Of a stretch of 64,000 bases of DNA, positions 35,649 to 47,671 are shown piece by piece. The notes below the pieces were generated by a model. It saw only the letters and a program-made list of their open reading frames with translations, did not search any database and was not told where the DNA came from. The DNA lies in contig CM052818.1 of NCBI GenBank assembly GCA_028534125.1, positions 35,466,001 through 35,530,000 of the forward strand, in the 5' to 3' direction. Numbering within the stretch: position 1 is the stretch's first letter; the number at the start of each line of letters is the position of its first letter. Both the position numbers and the translations under genes were made by a program. Origin of the DNA: Lama glama (Eukaryota).

Positions 35649-37924
35649 CTGAGGAGAGGGGAAGAAATGCTCAGAAAAGTGCTCGGGGGTGGGAAGAAGG
35701 CAGCTTTGGCTTCCTTAGTTACCTGGTAGTCCTTCCATTTCTCAGAAGGATGTCCTGATGGGCAGAAACTCCCTCGGGACACCCATATTCTCACCAGTGT
35801 CTCCAGAAGCTCCCCGAGCAGTCACAGAGCTTCCAGTTGAAGGAGAGCAGTGAGAGGTGGACTTGGGGAGGCTGAGACCCCATCAGTCACAAGTCCCACC
35901 TAAAAGAACTCGCTGCCCTCTTCTTCTCCCCTCCCTCCAGCTGGTCCCATTAAGCCCTGGGGCGGCGGGGGGTGGGGGTGGGGGACACTGTAATGCAAAC
36001 AAAACTTTAGAGAAGGTAACAGAAAATATTCAAAGCAACAGAAGGTAGTTAGCAAATATAATCTCAAATGAAAATTTCAAGAACTGATTAACATTTTTGA
36101 AGACATCTGATTTTAAATTATCCACCAAGGTGATCCAAGTATTCAATAAAGGTAAGACACACTGAGGCTGGTCCAAGGACCTGGGTCACAGGATCTCAGT
36201 CCTCTGCAGAACCCATAAAAGGAGGTAGGAAATAATAAAACCCAAAGAAGGGTGCTCTATGGATGTGTTGCTTAGGTCAGATACTGAAAATAGTGAAGGA
36301 ATTTGGACTAAATTCCAGAAATTCTCACTAGACTATGAATTCCTTGAGGTAAGACCCGTGATTTACTCATATTCCATCACTTAAATGTAATATTAAGTGA
36401 AAGAAGCAGACAAGCAGAGAATTATTTCACTGATACAAAGTTCAAGAAGTGACATAAGTCAGGCTAGTGGCTGCCTTTGGGAAGGGGGTGCAGAGGCAGG
36501 GGGCAAGGCAACGTCCTAGTCCCTGATCCAGGTGTGAGTACACGAGTATATTCACTTTGGGAAAATTCATTGAGCTTGGCATTCCACAAATGCTTGTTTG
36601 AGCAGGAATGGACAGAAGTGTAGGTATGGGACAGTCATTCAACAAATTCTAAGTGAGCACCCACTATGTGTAGGATTCTTGGCTAGTCACTCAGTTAAAA
36701 TGGCAAAATTTGTTATTGTAAGAATTACATGCAAGAGAGAGCTGTACTGAGCATCATTCACTCTGAAGATTCATCTTCTATATGTACATCCACCCATCCA
36801 TCCACTGTCAGCACTGACCAACATCAGATATTCACAGGTAACCATGTGGTGATGAGAGAAAAAAAGGAAGATAGATCACTGGATGAAGGCAGGTAGAGAG
36901 AAGCTCATGGAGGAGATGGACCATAAGGTGGGCTTTAAAGAATGGGAAATTCACGAAAGCAGAGGTGGAGAGGAAGGGTGATTTCAACATGAGATTCCAT
37001 ACTAGCAAACACGTGGAGATGGATGAGAGAGCATGGGGGAGACAGAGAGCAGACCAGCCAGCGTGGGGCCGTGGAAATGCACCAGAGAGGAGGGAGAGAG
37101 GAAGTGAAATGGTAGGGCATTCCTGATAAATGGCTCTGAATGCCAGGCGTTGGGTTTGGAATTTGACCAAACCAGCATTAATTAATCACCTGCTATAAGC
37201 TTAGCGTTTGAGGATACAGGGAGCCACCATGGGATTCCAGAGGGGTGGGCATGGGGCACAGTGGGCTGGAAGTGGAGAGAAGTGTAGCACAGAAGGGTGG
37301 AGGCCCCCACACCCCTGCTTTAGCCCTGGGCTAAGCCGAATCTCGAAAAGGGGAAGGAACCCATGTTGGTGACCCAGGAGGCCACGAGGGAGCAGGTGGC
37401 TGTGTCCCCAGGTAAGCACTTCTCCTTCTCCTTCTGCTTCACTTTACTTACCAATTCCTGAGGGTCTCTCAATTCTTGGGAAGGGAGAATTACAACAATG
37501 GAGTGGACAACAACCAACTCAAGCTGTGACCCTAACACATGCGAGGTTCCCAGTCTTGCATTGCTGGAAGGGCCTTGGAGGACACTGGCTCAACCTCATT
37601 TTACTTCTCCAATTAGCTTGAGTCTGAGCTTCCTTCTTTCCATGGGAAGGTTCCAGACCAAGGAGCTGCGGGAATAGCTGAGGGCGTTTAGAGGGAGGCC
37701 TGATCTTGACCTAACTGACTTCTTGCTCCAGGCTCATTTGCGGCAAGACTGGGTGTCCAGGCTCTTCTCCATGGCTGTGCCAGTCTGTCTGGACCCAAGG
37801 ACCCCGAAAGTGTTCTAGTCCCAGTCCCACCCAGATGTGCATCCTCCTCACTTCTTGTTAAGTTTCCCCGCATCTCCATCAATTCCCTTAATTGGCAGAG
37901 TCACCATTAAAAACAAGCATATTA

Positions 37925-38037
37925 GAGGGGAGGGTACGGCTCAGTGATGGAGCACATGCCTAGCATGCATGAGGTCCTGGGTTCATCACCAGTACCTCCA
38001 TTCAGTAACTAAATACATAATTACCCCCCCCCAAAAA
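37925..38037 (+). mobile_element. vic-1-like SINE
   Basis: GGGGAGGGTACGGCTCAGTGATGGAGCACATGCCTAGCATGCATGAGGTCCTGGGTTCA...TAATTACCCCCCCC. Confidence 0.8.
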
Positions 38038-38080
38038 GCATCATGCATCTTGAGGACTCCCTTGTTACTGTGACACTCAC

Positions 38081-38172
38081 CTCCTCCTTCTCTGGGCTGT
38101 TCCTGGATTCCACCTCCACCTGAAGGGAAATGGTTTCTCCAATGCTCTTCCTCTTGGATAAGCGATCCTCAT
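38081..38172 (-). CDS. EFR3B: EFR3B exon (likely 19)
   Basis: (D)EDRLSKRKSIGETISLQVEVESRNSPEKEE; cag/gtgagt. Confidence 0.94.
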
Positions 38173-38553
38173 CTGGGAAATGAGAAACCCAGAAGCTAGA
38201 GCTGCCAGCCCTTGGAGAGAGAGCCAGGATCACGCCTCCAGCACCATCTCCCAACCCCTCTGCCTCTGCCTGGTCCACAGTCCTCCGAGGGCTCAGTACA
38301 CACTGAGGATATAGCTGGGGTTTATGGAAGCACCTTTCTCTGCCCATCTTAGAGTGGTGAATTTTGCTCTTTGGGGCTAAGATTTTGAAATCATTGATGG
38401 TCACAAAAATGCTGCTTATGACCAGACAGCGTGCCTCAACTTGCACACACGCCATCTGCTGATGGCACCAGAGGCTGTCATTTGTGTAGCATCTATACGT
38501 GCATTTGCCTCTACCCTTTAGGGCAGGTGCTGTTAATATCTCTATTTTATGGT

Positions 38554-38612
38554 CAAGGGAACTGAGACTCAAGAGATGCCAAGGGAACTGAGACTCAAGG
38601 GATGCCAAGGGA
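38554..38612. repeat. 26-bp tandem duplication (~2.3 copies)
   Basis: CAAGGGAACTGAGACTCAAG(A/G)GATGC twice, then CAAGGGA. Confidence 0.9.
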
Positions 38613-38942
38613 CTCATCTAAGATTTTTCAGGGAGTCAGTTGCAGAGAACCGGGTCTCTGATTCCAGAGCCTACGTGTGCTCTTTCCGGCACAGTGGGGC
38701 CTCTCCCGTGCACGGGCCAGGCTACCTCGTGGGCTGGCTACTCCAAAGGGTCCTGCACTGAGGAGGAGTGGTGGGGAAATCAAGACCTCACCATAAATTT
38801 GCACTGTGTCTTTCAGCTCTTGTATGACATCCGAGGTGCCATGGAAGGCGACCGAAGGACTCTCAAGTCCCTGACATTCAGGCTCTTGCCTGGCCAAGAA
38901 AAGCCAGAGGCAGGGTTGGACGTCCTCGAGCAGAGCTCATAC

Positions 38943-39070
38943 CTGTCAGCTGAGGGACGTAGGGCAGGCAGAGCCTGTCTGAATTGTAACCACTGCCCCC
39001 CAGGACTTCACTGATCTTGCTCTGGCGGAAGAGAAACTCAATCACCACTCCATCGAGGTTTTGAGACAGC
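38943..39070 (-). CDS. EFR3B: EFR3B exon (likely 18)
   Basis: LSQNLDGVVIEFLFRQSKISEVLGGSGYNSDRLCLPYVPQLT; cag/gtatga. Confidence 0.94.
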
Positions 39071-39212
39071 CTGGGGGACAAAGGAGGGAGGGAGCAAGTG
39101 AGAACCATGGGTGGTGAGAATGATTTCCTAATGACTTTCTTTATTATAAAAGTAACGTCCATTATACAAAATGACAGAGAAGCAAAAGGAAAAAAAATCA
39201 GCCACAGTCCGA

Positions 39213-39321
39213 CTTTCTTTCTTTTTTCCTTTCTTTCTTTTTTAATGGATTTACTGAGGATTGAACCCAGGACCTCGTGCATGCTAAGCATGTGTTCTAC
39301 CACTGAGCTATTTCCCTCCCT
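39213..39321 (-). mobile_element. vic-1-like SINE
   Basis: GATTGAACCCAGGACCTCGTGCATGCTAAGCATGTGTTCTACCACTGAGCTA. Confidence 0.85.
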
Positions 39322-39936
39322 CTTTACAGTCTCACTTTCCAGGGAGAATTGCATTCACATTTTGTGCAGAATCGCTCAGTCACACGCACGGATGCACACA
39401 CACAAACACAGCCCTGTCCCTCACAGTCCTGTTACAGGATCTATTTTTCTCTCCTATTATATAGTGAATATTTCACATGGACTATTCTTCCAGAACACTG
39501 TGGATGGGCTACCAGTTGTCAATGGTGTGAATGGGCCATAATTTATAAAGCCATTTCCTATTGTGGGATTTGCGAGATATTTTGTTTTTTTCAGAGTGTC
39601 TTTTCCTTGAGTTCCTCTGATGCCGAAGTGATACCAGCCCACAGAATACAGTCTGAGAAGGCCACTTGGATTGATGGCAGTGTCTTGTCAGGAAGGACTC
39701 CTCCAGGATGTGTTCCCATGGCCTTGGCCAAAGTTCCCAGAGGATGTATCCCATACTTTACAGTACAACATTCCAGGAAGGCCTAAGGCATGGATTACAG
39801 TCATGTAAGGGGACCCAGGATGTCCTGGCCACAGGCAGGGTCCACTTTCTGCTCCTGAGTCCCTGACCTCCCACTGCCTGCCTTCTTGCTCAGCTGCCTT
39901 GGGTGCCTTTGACCATGTCCCCGGGGTGCTCCTCAC

Positions 39937-40004
39937 CTGGGCCTCTCCACAAACACATCCTCAGGGAGCATGTACGGAGCCTCTTTCTTCCTGGTCTCTA
40001 TCAC
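39937..40004 (-). CDS. EFR3B: EFR3B exon (likely 17)
   Basis: VIETRKKEAPYMLPEDVFVERP(R); cag/gtgagg; read by hand, not in the ORF track. Confidence 0.92.
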
Positions 40005-41406
40005 CTGAGGTTTGGGAGGAGTCACAGGAAGAGCTGGGTTCAGCAGGGAGAGGGAGTTCGGAGCAGGAAATGAAGGAGCTCCCACCCACTAAGGGCTTCC
40101 TCCCTCCCACAAACTCCCAGCAGAGCACCGACAGCTGGGCTTCTGAGAGAGCAACTCAGACCAACAGGGACCCTCAGGGCAGCCTAAGAAACCCTGCTCA
40201 AGCTGTCCCCAGGGACACACATGCGTTAAGGGTCCTCCCCATGCAGAGGTCTTAGCTCCCAAGAGAATTCTGTTTCTTGCTCCCGTGCTCTATTTTCTTG
40301 TTGAAACACGAAAAGGAGAGCATAGGTCACACTGTTCCCCAAACCCAGGGGTGCTGCAAAACATCCTGATGAAGAGTGACATGCTGAGTTTCCCTCAACA
40401 TCCTTTGCAAATTTTTGACAAGAAAGGTGACAGCTATTAAGATGGTGAGAAGTGGCAGGACAGCTGGCATGCAAGTTCGTGCAGGAGGTGAGTAAGCCTC
40501 GATGCTACTACTTTTAATGAGGAGGATGTCGGGGCATTCCCTGTCCTGCCCTCCTGTATCAGCCCAGCAGCCGGGGATTCCCTGCCTCGCTCAGGATGGT
40601 CTCGGGCACAGCGATATCTCACCTTCCTCTGTGACCCCAGGCCAGGCCAGGCCAGGCCAGCTGAGACGTGGGCTTCCTTGTTTAGTTTTATTTTGTTTTG
40701 CTGGTGTATTTTAACGTTAATCCTACACATTATATGATTCCACTTATATATAGCTTGGTGTGTTTTAAGATACCTTTTCGCAACAACTAAGAACATCTGA
40801 TTACAGACTGGGTACAAGATAACAACACCAAGGGATAACTGATCATTTAATTAGGCATATAAATCACATGGAAATTATGTAGGAAGGTGTCCATGTTTTT
40901 TTAGCCATGAATACTGATATATATAGGGGTGAAATGACATGATAGCTGAGGCTTGTTTGAACATATGTCAGCAAAGAAAAAGCAAAAGAAAAGGAGACAG
41001 ATGAAGCAAATGTGCAAAGTCTTCCTAACTGCTTAACCTGCGTGATAGCTGTGCAGATGTTTATTGTTTTACCCACGCAGCTTTTATGATATTTGAAAAC
41101 TTTCATAACAAAATCTTTTTTTAAAGTAGCTTTAGTCCCAGACGACCTGAGGGTGTGTGTATATGCACTTCCAGGAGCGGGGGAAGCACAGAGGGGCAGG
41201 AAGTAGAGGGGGGCAGGTAGCAGGTTGGGAAGGGGTACAGGATACTGCCCTGTGCTGTGTCGTCTCCTACAGGAGGAGATGCCGCCTCTTTCTCACTATC
41301 ATTAGTTCGCACGCCTAGACCATGCACAGGGCTCATGCAATTAAGGAAAAGCTGTTCTGGGGAAACCCCAAGTCAAGGGCCCCCCCGAACTCTCTGGGTA
41401 GCCAAC

Positions 41407-41538
41407 CTCATGGATGTGCTGGCAGAAGGCAGGCACGGTTGTGAGCTGGCTGATGAGGTTCAGGTAGGCGGCGCCCAGCGCGTAGAGGGCACAGCGGTTG
41501 TAAACAGGCAAATTCTCTTCGTTGACCTGGGCCACGTC
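41407..41538 (-). CDS. EFR3B: EFR3B exon (likely 16)
   Basis: DVAQVNEENLPVYNRCALYALGAAYLNLISQLTTVPAFCQHIHE; cag/gttggc. Confidence 0.94.
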
Positions 41539-42172
41539 CTGTGGCGACACATTGAAAATCTATACTGGTGCCCCACCCTCAGCACCCCAATTCCCAGCAC
41601 CCTGGGGAGTACGCGTCCACCCAGGCAGACCTGGAAAGTCTAAAGGCCTATCTAGTGCCACGCTGGCTCCCTAAGACTCAACGAGGGGGGCTTGTTGAGT
41701 CTCCAGGTCCCCAAGCTTGGGGACAGAACTCCGAATACATATTTTAAATAAGTGCTCAAGGCGATTCGAAGCACAGCCAGATTTGGGAACGAGATGATCT
41801 TTAGACAAACAAGTTTGTTTCAGGATCACTCCGGGCTTACAGGTACCCTCTCGGTGATTCCCGGAGTCTCATTCAGAACCTTGCAAGAGACCTGACATAC
41901 TAGGGGTGAAAGGATGTTTTTAAAAGACCCTATTTCCTGGGTCTCCTTTAGTCTGAAGATGAGGCAAAGTCGTGAATGAAGCACTCTTCGGTGGGTCCCT
42001 AAACAGGACCCTGGCTTGTGGTCTTCATGGAGGAATGGCCAACCAGGGTGTGACATTCCTGGGCTCCAAAACAACTTTTAAGGGGTGGCTACCTGGCACT
42101 CAGTAGTGCTTGGCCAACACAGGTCCCCTCCCCCGACCCCAAGCTCTATGTCCTGCCCACACCGGACCCCAC

Positions 42173-42334
42173 CTGAACGGCCAGCACCAGGCGGATGAGG
42201 TCTACCACCACCTCCTCGTTGGCCAGCTCGATGCTGATGAGCGCCAGCAAGCCGTAGAGCGCCTCGTAGTGCTTCTGTATGTTCGTTTCCTCCTTACAGC
42301 TCAGGTAGATGTGTCTGTAGAGCTGCTGGGAGTG
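42173..42334 (-). CDS. EFR3B: EFR3B exon (likely 15)
   Basis: HSQQLYRHIYLSCKEETNIQKHYEALYGLLALISIELANEEVVVDLIRLVLAVQ; cag/gtgggg. Confidence 0.95.
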
Positions 42335-42678
42335 CTGGAGATGGGGCAAAAGTGGGGGCAAGGCCATGGCGGGCGGGATGGGGACAGGGAGGCACGAGAA
42401 TAGGAAGATCAGTCCGATGGGGTGGCACAGCTGTGTGTAACCCACCTCCACCTCGGGGAGAGGATGCCCTTAAAGCAGACCGCAGTGGAAGCCAGGACAT
42501 GCAGGAGGACATGTTTAGGGAAGGGCGGGTCCAGTGAAACCAGCAACAAGAGCTGCTGCTGAAATCTGGTTTTAGGAGAACACAATCAAGGGGTGGTCCT
42601 CACTCTGGCTCTAAATATGACCCGGGAGCTTGATCCCCTAGTGGGGTTGGCTTGTTGTCTAGACTAAGCATAGTCAAA

Positions 42679-42782
42679 GGGCGGTGTGGAGAGTATAGCT
42701 CAGTGGTGGAGTGTGTGCCTAGCATGCACGAGGTCCTGGGTTCAATCCCCAGTACCTCCACTAAAAAAAGAAAAAGAAAGAG
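42679..42782 (+). mobile_element. vic-1-like SINE
   Basis: GTATAGCTCAGTGGTGGAGTGTGTGCCTAGCATGCACGAGGTCCTGGGTTCAATCCCCAGTACC plus A tail. Confidence 0.85.
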
Positions 42783-42895
42783 GAGGAAGCAGGCTTTGGG
42801 GGCCTGGTCTGGGGTGATCTGGGGGCTGGAAGGCTGGGATCCAGAGGGCCTGGCCCACCCAGGGTTTACTATGTCTTGAGGTCACACTTGCTAAC

Positions 42896-42971
42896 CTTCT
42901 TCATGAAAATGGTGTCCTGTCGGGAGCACTTGTCCACTTTCAGCTTCAGGATAGAGATGTCACTGAGGGTA
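42896..42971 (-). CDS. EFR3B: EFR3B exon (likely 14)
   Basis: TLSDISILKLKVDKCSRQDTIFMKK; cag/gttagc. Confidence 0.92.
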
Positions 42972-43482
42972 CTGCGAGGGGACATGAGAGGCCACCTTAG
43001 CCCTTGTATGAGGCCAGCCAGAGCTCACGTGGCATTGGTTGTTCCAACGCCTCCTAGTGTTCCTCCAGCCCTGGTTCTTAGCCTGATCTCCACTTTCTAC
43101 CAAGTTCTCAAGTGCCTGCCTCTTTTTCTTAAATACTGATCCAGATTACTCTCTCCTTCGTCTCTTTCCTCCTTTTAAGCTCCCCTCCCCTAGTCTCTAC
43201 TGATAATCCTGCATCCCCTTCTTTCCTCCCCACCTGAGAGCTCCTTTTGGTACCTGCTCTGTATCTCTCAAATTTCCAATCCCTCCCTCTGCTTCCTCCC
43301 CGCCAGGTAGAAGAGCCCTTCCAGTCTCTCCTGCCCTTGCAGGTCCTCAGGGTCCATATCCATGATCAGCTCCCTGGTGGGTCCCACTGAAGAGCTGAAT
43401 TGTCCTCCCACCTAGGTGTGAGGTCCTAACAGGAGTCTTCTCCTTCATCACACATCAGCTGGAGGGGAGACTCCAAGTTCAC

Positions 43483-43655
43483 CTGATGGTAGAGAACTTG
43501 TGGCGGTTGCCATGACGATCAATGAAACTGATGAGAATCTCTAGAACGAAGAGACGGATCTCTGCATCCTCCATGAGGGCGGTGGAGAGAAGGCGGTCAA
43601 GGAAGTTGCTGGGCAGAGCTGACATCATGTTGTTGCACTGGAAACCAGTGGATAC
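43483..43655 (-). CDS. EFR3B: EFR3B exon (likely 13)
   Basis: VSTGFQCNNMMSALPSNFLDRLLSTALMEDAEIRLFVLEILISFIDRHGNRHKFSTI; cag/gtgaac. Confidence 0.95.
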
Positions 43656-44510
43656 CTGCAAGGGAGCCCAGGAGAGTGTGCTTAGGAACTTTCTTGGCAG
43701 CAGCAAGGAGATAGAGGAGCAGCCAGCAGAAGTTGGGTCTGAAGCATCCATCCTCTCTAAACATCTCCCATCCCAGCTCCCCACATCCTCCACCTTAGGC
43801 AACTTTTTTGAACCCTCCAACATCTACCCAGGCAACCTGCTCAGCTCAGTTTAGCTGACCTGGGGGTTGGTGGGGACCGTATGCAGAAACATTACGCTGT
43901 TAAAAGCAAGCAAATGATGAGCACGAGAGGCGGGCAGAGGCCAGGGAGCTTCGGAACCTAATGTTCCAGCCCATTAGGGCACAACTGACGAATATTCACC
44001 ACAAACACGCCTCATTTGGAGCACGGACAGTCACAAAGAAATGGAGAGACAGCGGGAGAACTTACAGCTGGGCCAAGGAATCAGAACCCACGCACAAGGC
44101 AACAGCCAAAGCGCGCACACTGCACTTGCTTACACCTCTTCCAGCCTGGCCATGATGCAGGGCTTCTAATTAAAGCCAGTTGGCACAAACAGACACTTCA
44201 TCCATGATGTTGTCAAAGCAGTCAGAAGCAGCAAAACATATTTACTGTTAAGTCCATATTGCAAAACGATGCCTTTGATGATCTAACAGGCCGCTGAGGC
44301 TCTAGTAAAGGCTAGTGGCATCAAGAGTAAACATCAGTGTTCACTGAAGGGGGCCGCATGTGTGTGTGTGCTGCAAACTGTCACGTTGGTGACAAGCTGG
44401 GCACAAATTAATGAGGGCAAACTCAGTAAAGAAATGGTAGGAGTACATAGACCCACAAGGTAACCAGATATGTGAGCACAAAAAGCCTTTATAAAAATAA
44501 AGTGATGCTG

Positions 44511-44600
44511 AGGGGTGGGAGCAGCTCAGTGGTAGAGCGCATGCTTAGCATGCATGAGGTCCTGGGTTCAATCCCCAGTACTTCCACTAAAAAAAAAAAA
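44511..44600 (+). mobile_element. vic-1-like SINE, short form
   Basis: Intact A/B boxes and A tail; TSD AAATAAAGTGATG/AAATAGAGTGATG. Confidence 0.85.
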
Positions 44601-45122
44601 TAGAGTGATGTGAACAGTGGGGCTGGGTAGAGGGAATAGAGGGAAGGGAAGGCATGAGGGAAAGAGGGGGCGGGCAGAGTGGCATGGTTAGAGCAGAGAC
44701 GGGCTAGGTGTGATGTAGGGGAGTCTCAGGAGGGAAAAGTGACTGGGGACCTTCAAATTCAGTCTGAGAAGTTTGAAATCTGAATGCACATCAATTAGAA
44801 CCTGAGACTTACTCTTTAACAAGGAGCAGCATGTGGGGAACCTCATTTCTAGAAAATTCTTCTTGGTTGTATTTATGATAGGTGAGGAGAGGTGGAGCAA
44901 CTATGAGAATAATAGTTGGGAGATACCCAGAGTTTAGGCCAAGGCTGTGCCTAAGAACACCTGGGGAGCTTGTTACAAAGACACATTCTAGGACCTCACC
45001 CTCTCAGTGCAAAATCTCTAGAGAATCCATATATTAAATAAGTTGGTTATATGAACAGCATTTGAGAACAGTAAATCTAGGCTCCATTGATGGCTGCAAA
45101 GAAGGAAAGAAGATGAATGTAA

Positions 45123-45245
45123 GGGGGGAGGGTATAGCTCAGTGGTAGAGCACGTGCCTAGCATGCACAAGGTCCTGGGTTCAATCCCCAGCACTCCATT
45201 AAAAATAAATAAAAACCTAATTACCTCCCCCCAAAATAAAATAAG
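45123..45245 (+). mobile_element. vic-1-like SINE, long form
   Basis: GGGGGGAGGGTATAGCTCAGTGGTAGAGC...AACCTAATTACCTCCCCCC; TSD AAGATGAATGTAA/AAGATTAATGTAA; followed by an L1 3' end to ~45370. Confidence 0.85.
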
Positions 45246-45782
45246 AAGATTAATGTAAAAAAACTAATAAGGGATATATGTATAACTGAATCACTATGCT
45301 GTACACCAGAAATTAATACAATATTGTAAGCCAACTATGCTTCAATAAAAAAAAATAAAATTAAAAATACTAATAAAGGGAAAGATGGTAGCTGGGAGAC
45401 TGACGTGGGCACAGGTGCCAAGGGAGAAACAGGTGGAAGGGACCTGGGGTGGTCCTTGGAGGGAAAAGGGGCAAGAATCAATAGATTCCATCTCAATACA
45501 GAGATAACATTTGGGTGACAAGGCCATCAGTAGCTGAGAAGGTACCTCTGTGAAAGTTAGAAAGAGGTGTCCTGCCTGTTTTGGATAACCCAGCCCTGTG
45601 AGTACCCAGCCTGGCTAGTGAGTGGAACACAGGTTGGATTTCAGCCCCCACTCACCCCTTTGGCCGGGCATATTTGTACAGTGTGCCACCTGCACAACTG
45701 TATGTGGTAGCCATCTCTTGGTCCCTTGGAAGGAGCTGCCTCCTGCAGAGGCAGAGCAGGAATGGGGACAGGAGAGGCTCAC

Positions 45783-45834
45783 CTGAAGGAGGGATTTCAG
45801 CAGCATAATCTGGGTCAGCCGGTTCCTGTTCTCC
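45783..45834 (-). CDS. EFR3B: EFR3B exon (likely 12)
   Basis: ENRNRLTQIMLLKSLLQ; tag/gtgagc. Confidence 0.92.
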
Positions 45835-46224
45835 CTATAGACCAGAGACACAAATACTCACCAGGATGGTGATATGGGCGAGTGAAGACCCCACACTTGC
45901 CTGCCCAGTTCTCTCTCGTGATTAGATTCTCTATGAGGCTTATCTTGTTGGGTTACCCTGGACAGTGACCTCCAGAGCCAGGATGCAGACTAGGGAATTA
46001 ATGGCTCCCCTCCTTATTGGCGGGACAGCCTGAGGAACTGTTGTGGGATCCAAAGGCCCACGAAAGCCTGCTGAGGGATCTGAGAGTAGAATGAGAGAAG
46101 ACAGTGAAGGCAGCACCAGGAAAGTTGAGGTGCAGAAAAGAGAGAGCTGGAAAATGTGCAAAGGGGAATCTGGGGTGGAATCTAGGCTGGGAGAGGAAGA
46201 GGGGGAAAAGTGTGGTAGACTCAC

Positions 46225-46336
46225 CCCGTCCTCCCCGTCTCCACGGGGTGATGCAGGGAAGGCAGCGGGACCTTGCTCATGATGAAGAGGATCACCTCGG
46301 AGCGCTGGTACGTGGGCAACGTGCTGGCAAAGGAGC
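46225..46336 (-). CDS. EFR3B: EFR3B exon (likely 11)
   Basis: SFASTLPTYQRSEVILFIMSKVPLPSLHHPVETGRT; cag/gtgagt; phases 1/2 fit neighbours. Confidence 0.92.
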
Positions 46337-47082
46337 CTGGGGGAGCAGGGAGGGCAGAGGGAAGGGAGGAGAGGGTTGGCCCAGGTAAGGCCGCCAGCTG
46401 CCGGGGTCTCAGCTCAGCCTTTCAGCTGAACAAACTACTGCAAAGAGTGCAGGCTGCTTCTCTAGAGAGACGATTAAGACTCAGGGGGAGACACCTAGGT
46501 AACTGCAGAGGACTCTTCCTGGCTCCCGTTCCTTCACTTGTTATTTCTGAGACTGGTTAAGGTCTCCGGGATGGAGAGGGGAAGCTCCAGTGACACAAGG
46601 ACAGGAAGGATCTGAAAGTGATGAGCCCTTACGTGCACGCGGGGGCTTTACAGTCCTGTTCCACATCCACGTGCTTATCCACGGCCTTCTCCCTTTCCTA
46701 TTCCCTTCTTTTTCTCTTCCTCACTCCCACCTCCCCTCCAATTACTCCACTGTGGAAGCATCAGGCAGGCCTAATAGGGACTGGGGTGCAGGAAGAGTTC
46801 GCCTCTCTTAGCCTCTGATCTGAAGTCCCGGCTGAGAAACCCAGGGAGATTGTTCTGTGCACTCACTCAAGTCAGGCCCAGGCCACTCTGTACGCTGTGC
46901 GCACAGCGGATTAACTCCAGTTTCCTCAGTGTTCGTGAGTAACACGATATGAATGGATGACAATCCTACGCCGCCCTGCCGCCCCTCTGTCCCATCCTCC
47001 GCGGGTCCAGGCCAGGGCCCCGCCCCCGCCCTCGCCGGGGCCCCGCCCCTCGCCCAGGTCCCGCCCCTCGCCCAGGGCCCAC

Positions 47083-47244
47083 CTATGGTCTTGATGACTG
47101 CCTCCTGGAACATGCGCTCTTCGTGCTCCTTGATGATCTTGGTGCCTAGGCTGATCGCCCCATCGTAGCTCCCGGTCAGGGCGTAGTCGATGCTGAGCCG
47201 CAGCTGCCTCAGCAGAGTGTTGAACATCTCCAGCACTGTGGGTC
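47083..47244 (-). CDS. EFR3B: EFR3B exon (likely 10)
   Basis: PTVLEMFNTLLRQLRLSIDYALTGSYDGAISLGTKIIKEHEERMFQEAVIKTI; cag/gtgggc. Confidence 0.95.
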
Positions 47245-47535
47245 CTGAGCGCAGCGGGGTGGGAGACCCGAAACCCCGGGCTGGCACCCCTCGCTCCTTC
47301 TCCCCTGCCCTGTATTACCCGGCAAGCCTGGGCCCACTTCTAGCCAGGGTCTTCCTCTGCCTGCCGACCTTCCCTGGCTGATATCTCCTCCTGAGGAAAA
47401 CCGGCTCTGACCCCTCCCTATGGTGCCTTGCCCTTTTCTGGAAGGGGAGGCAGCCTACTACTAAGGGCAATTCTTTGTCCTTGGCGGGGGGGGGGTGTCC
47501 CCAGCCCCCACTCCTTCACTGAGGACCCCTCTTAC

Positions 47536-47671
47536 CCACAGAGCCGGTAGCGGCGATGACGGCGGCTTCCGACAGGACCTCCACGATGCCCGCCCGCACC
47601 GTGGCCGCGCTGCGGCTGTTGGCATCCAGGTGGCTCAGGAGCTGCTGGATAACCAGGTGGGAGTGCTGCGG
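47536..47671 (-). CDS. EFR3B: EFR3B exon (likely 9)
   Basis: PQHSHLVIQQLLSHLDANSRSAATVRAGIVEVLSEAAVIAATGSV; cag/gtaaga. Confidence 0.95.

Noticed and set aside
40600..40680. Possible extra EFR3B exon with donor GAAG|GTGAGA at 40622
   Set aside because: No convincing acceptor or EFR3-like peptide; the flanking exons already join in frame.
44511..44600. tRNA-Ala-like sequences here and at about a dozen other sites
   Set aside because: A tails, TSDs and divergent acceptor stems show they are SINEs, not tRNA genes.
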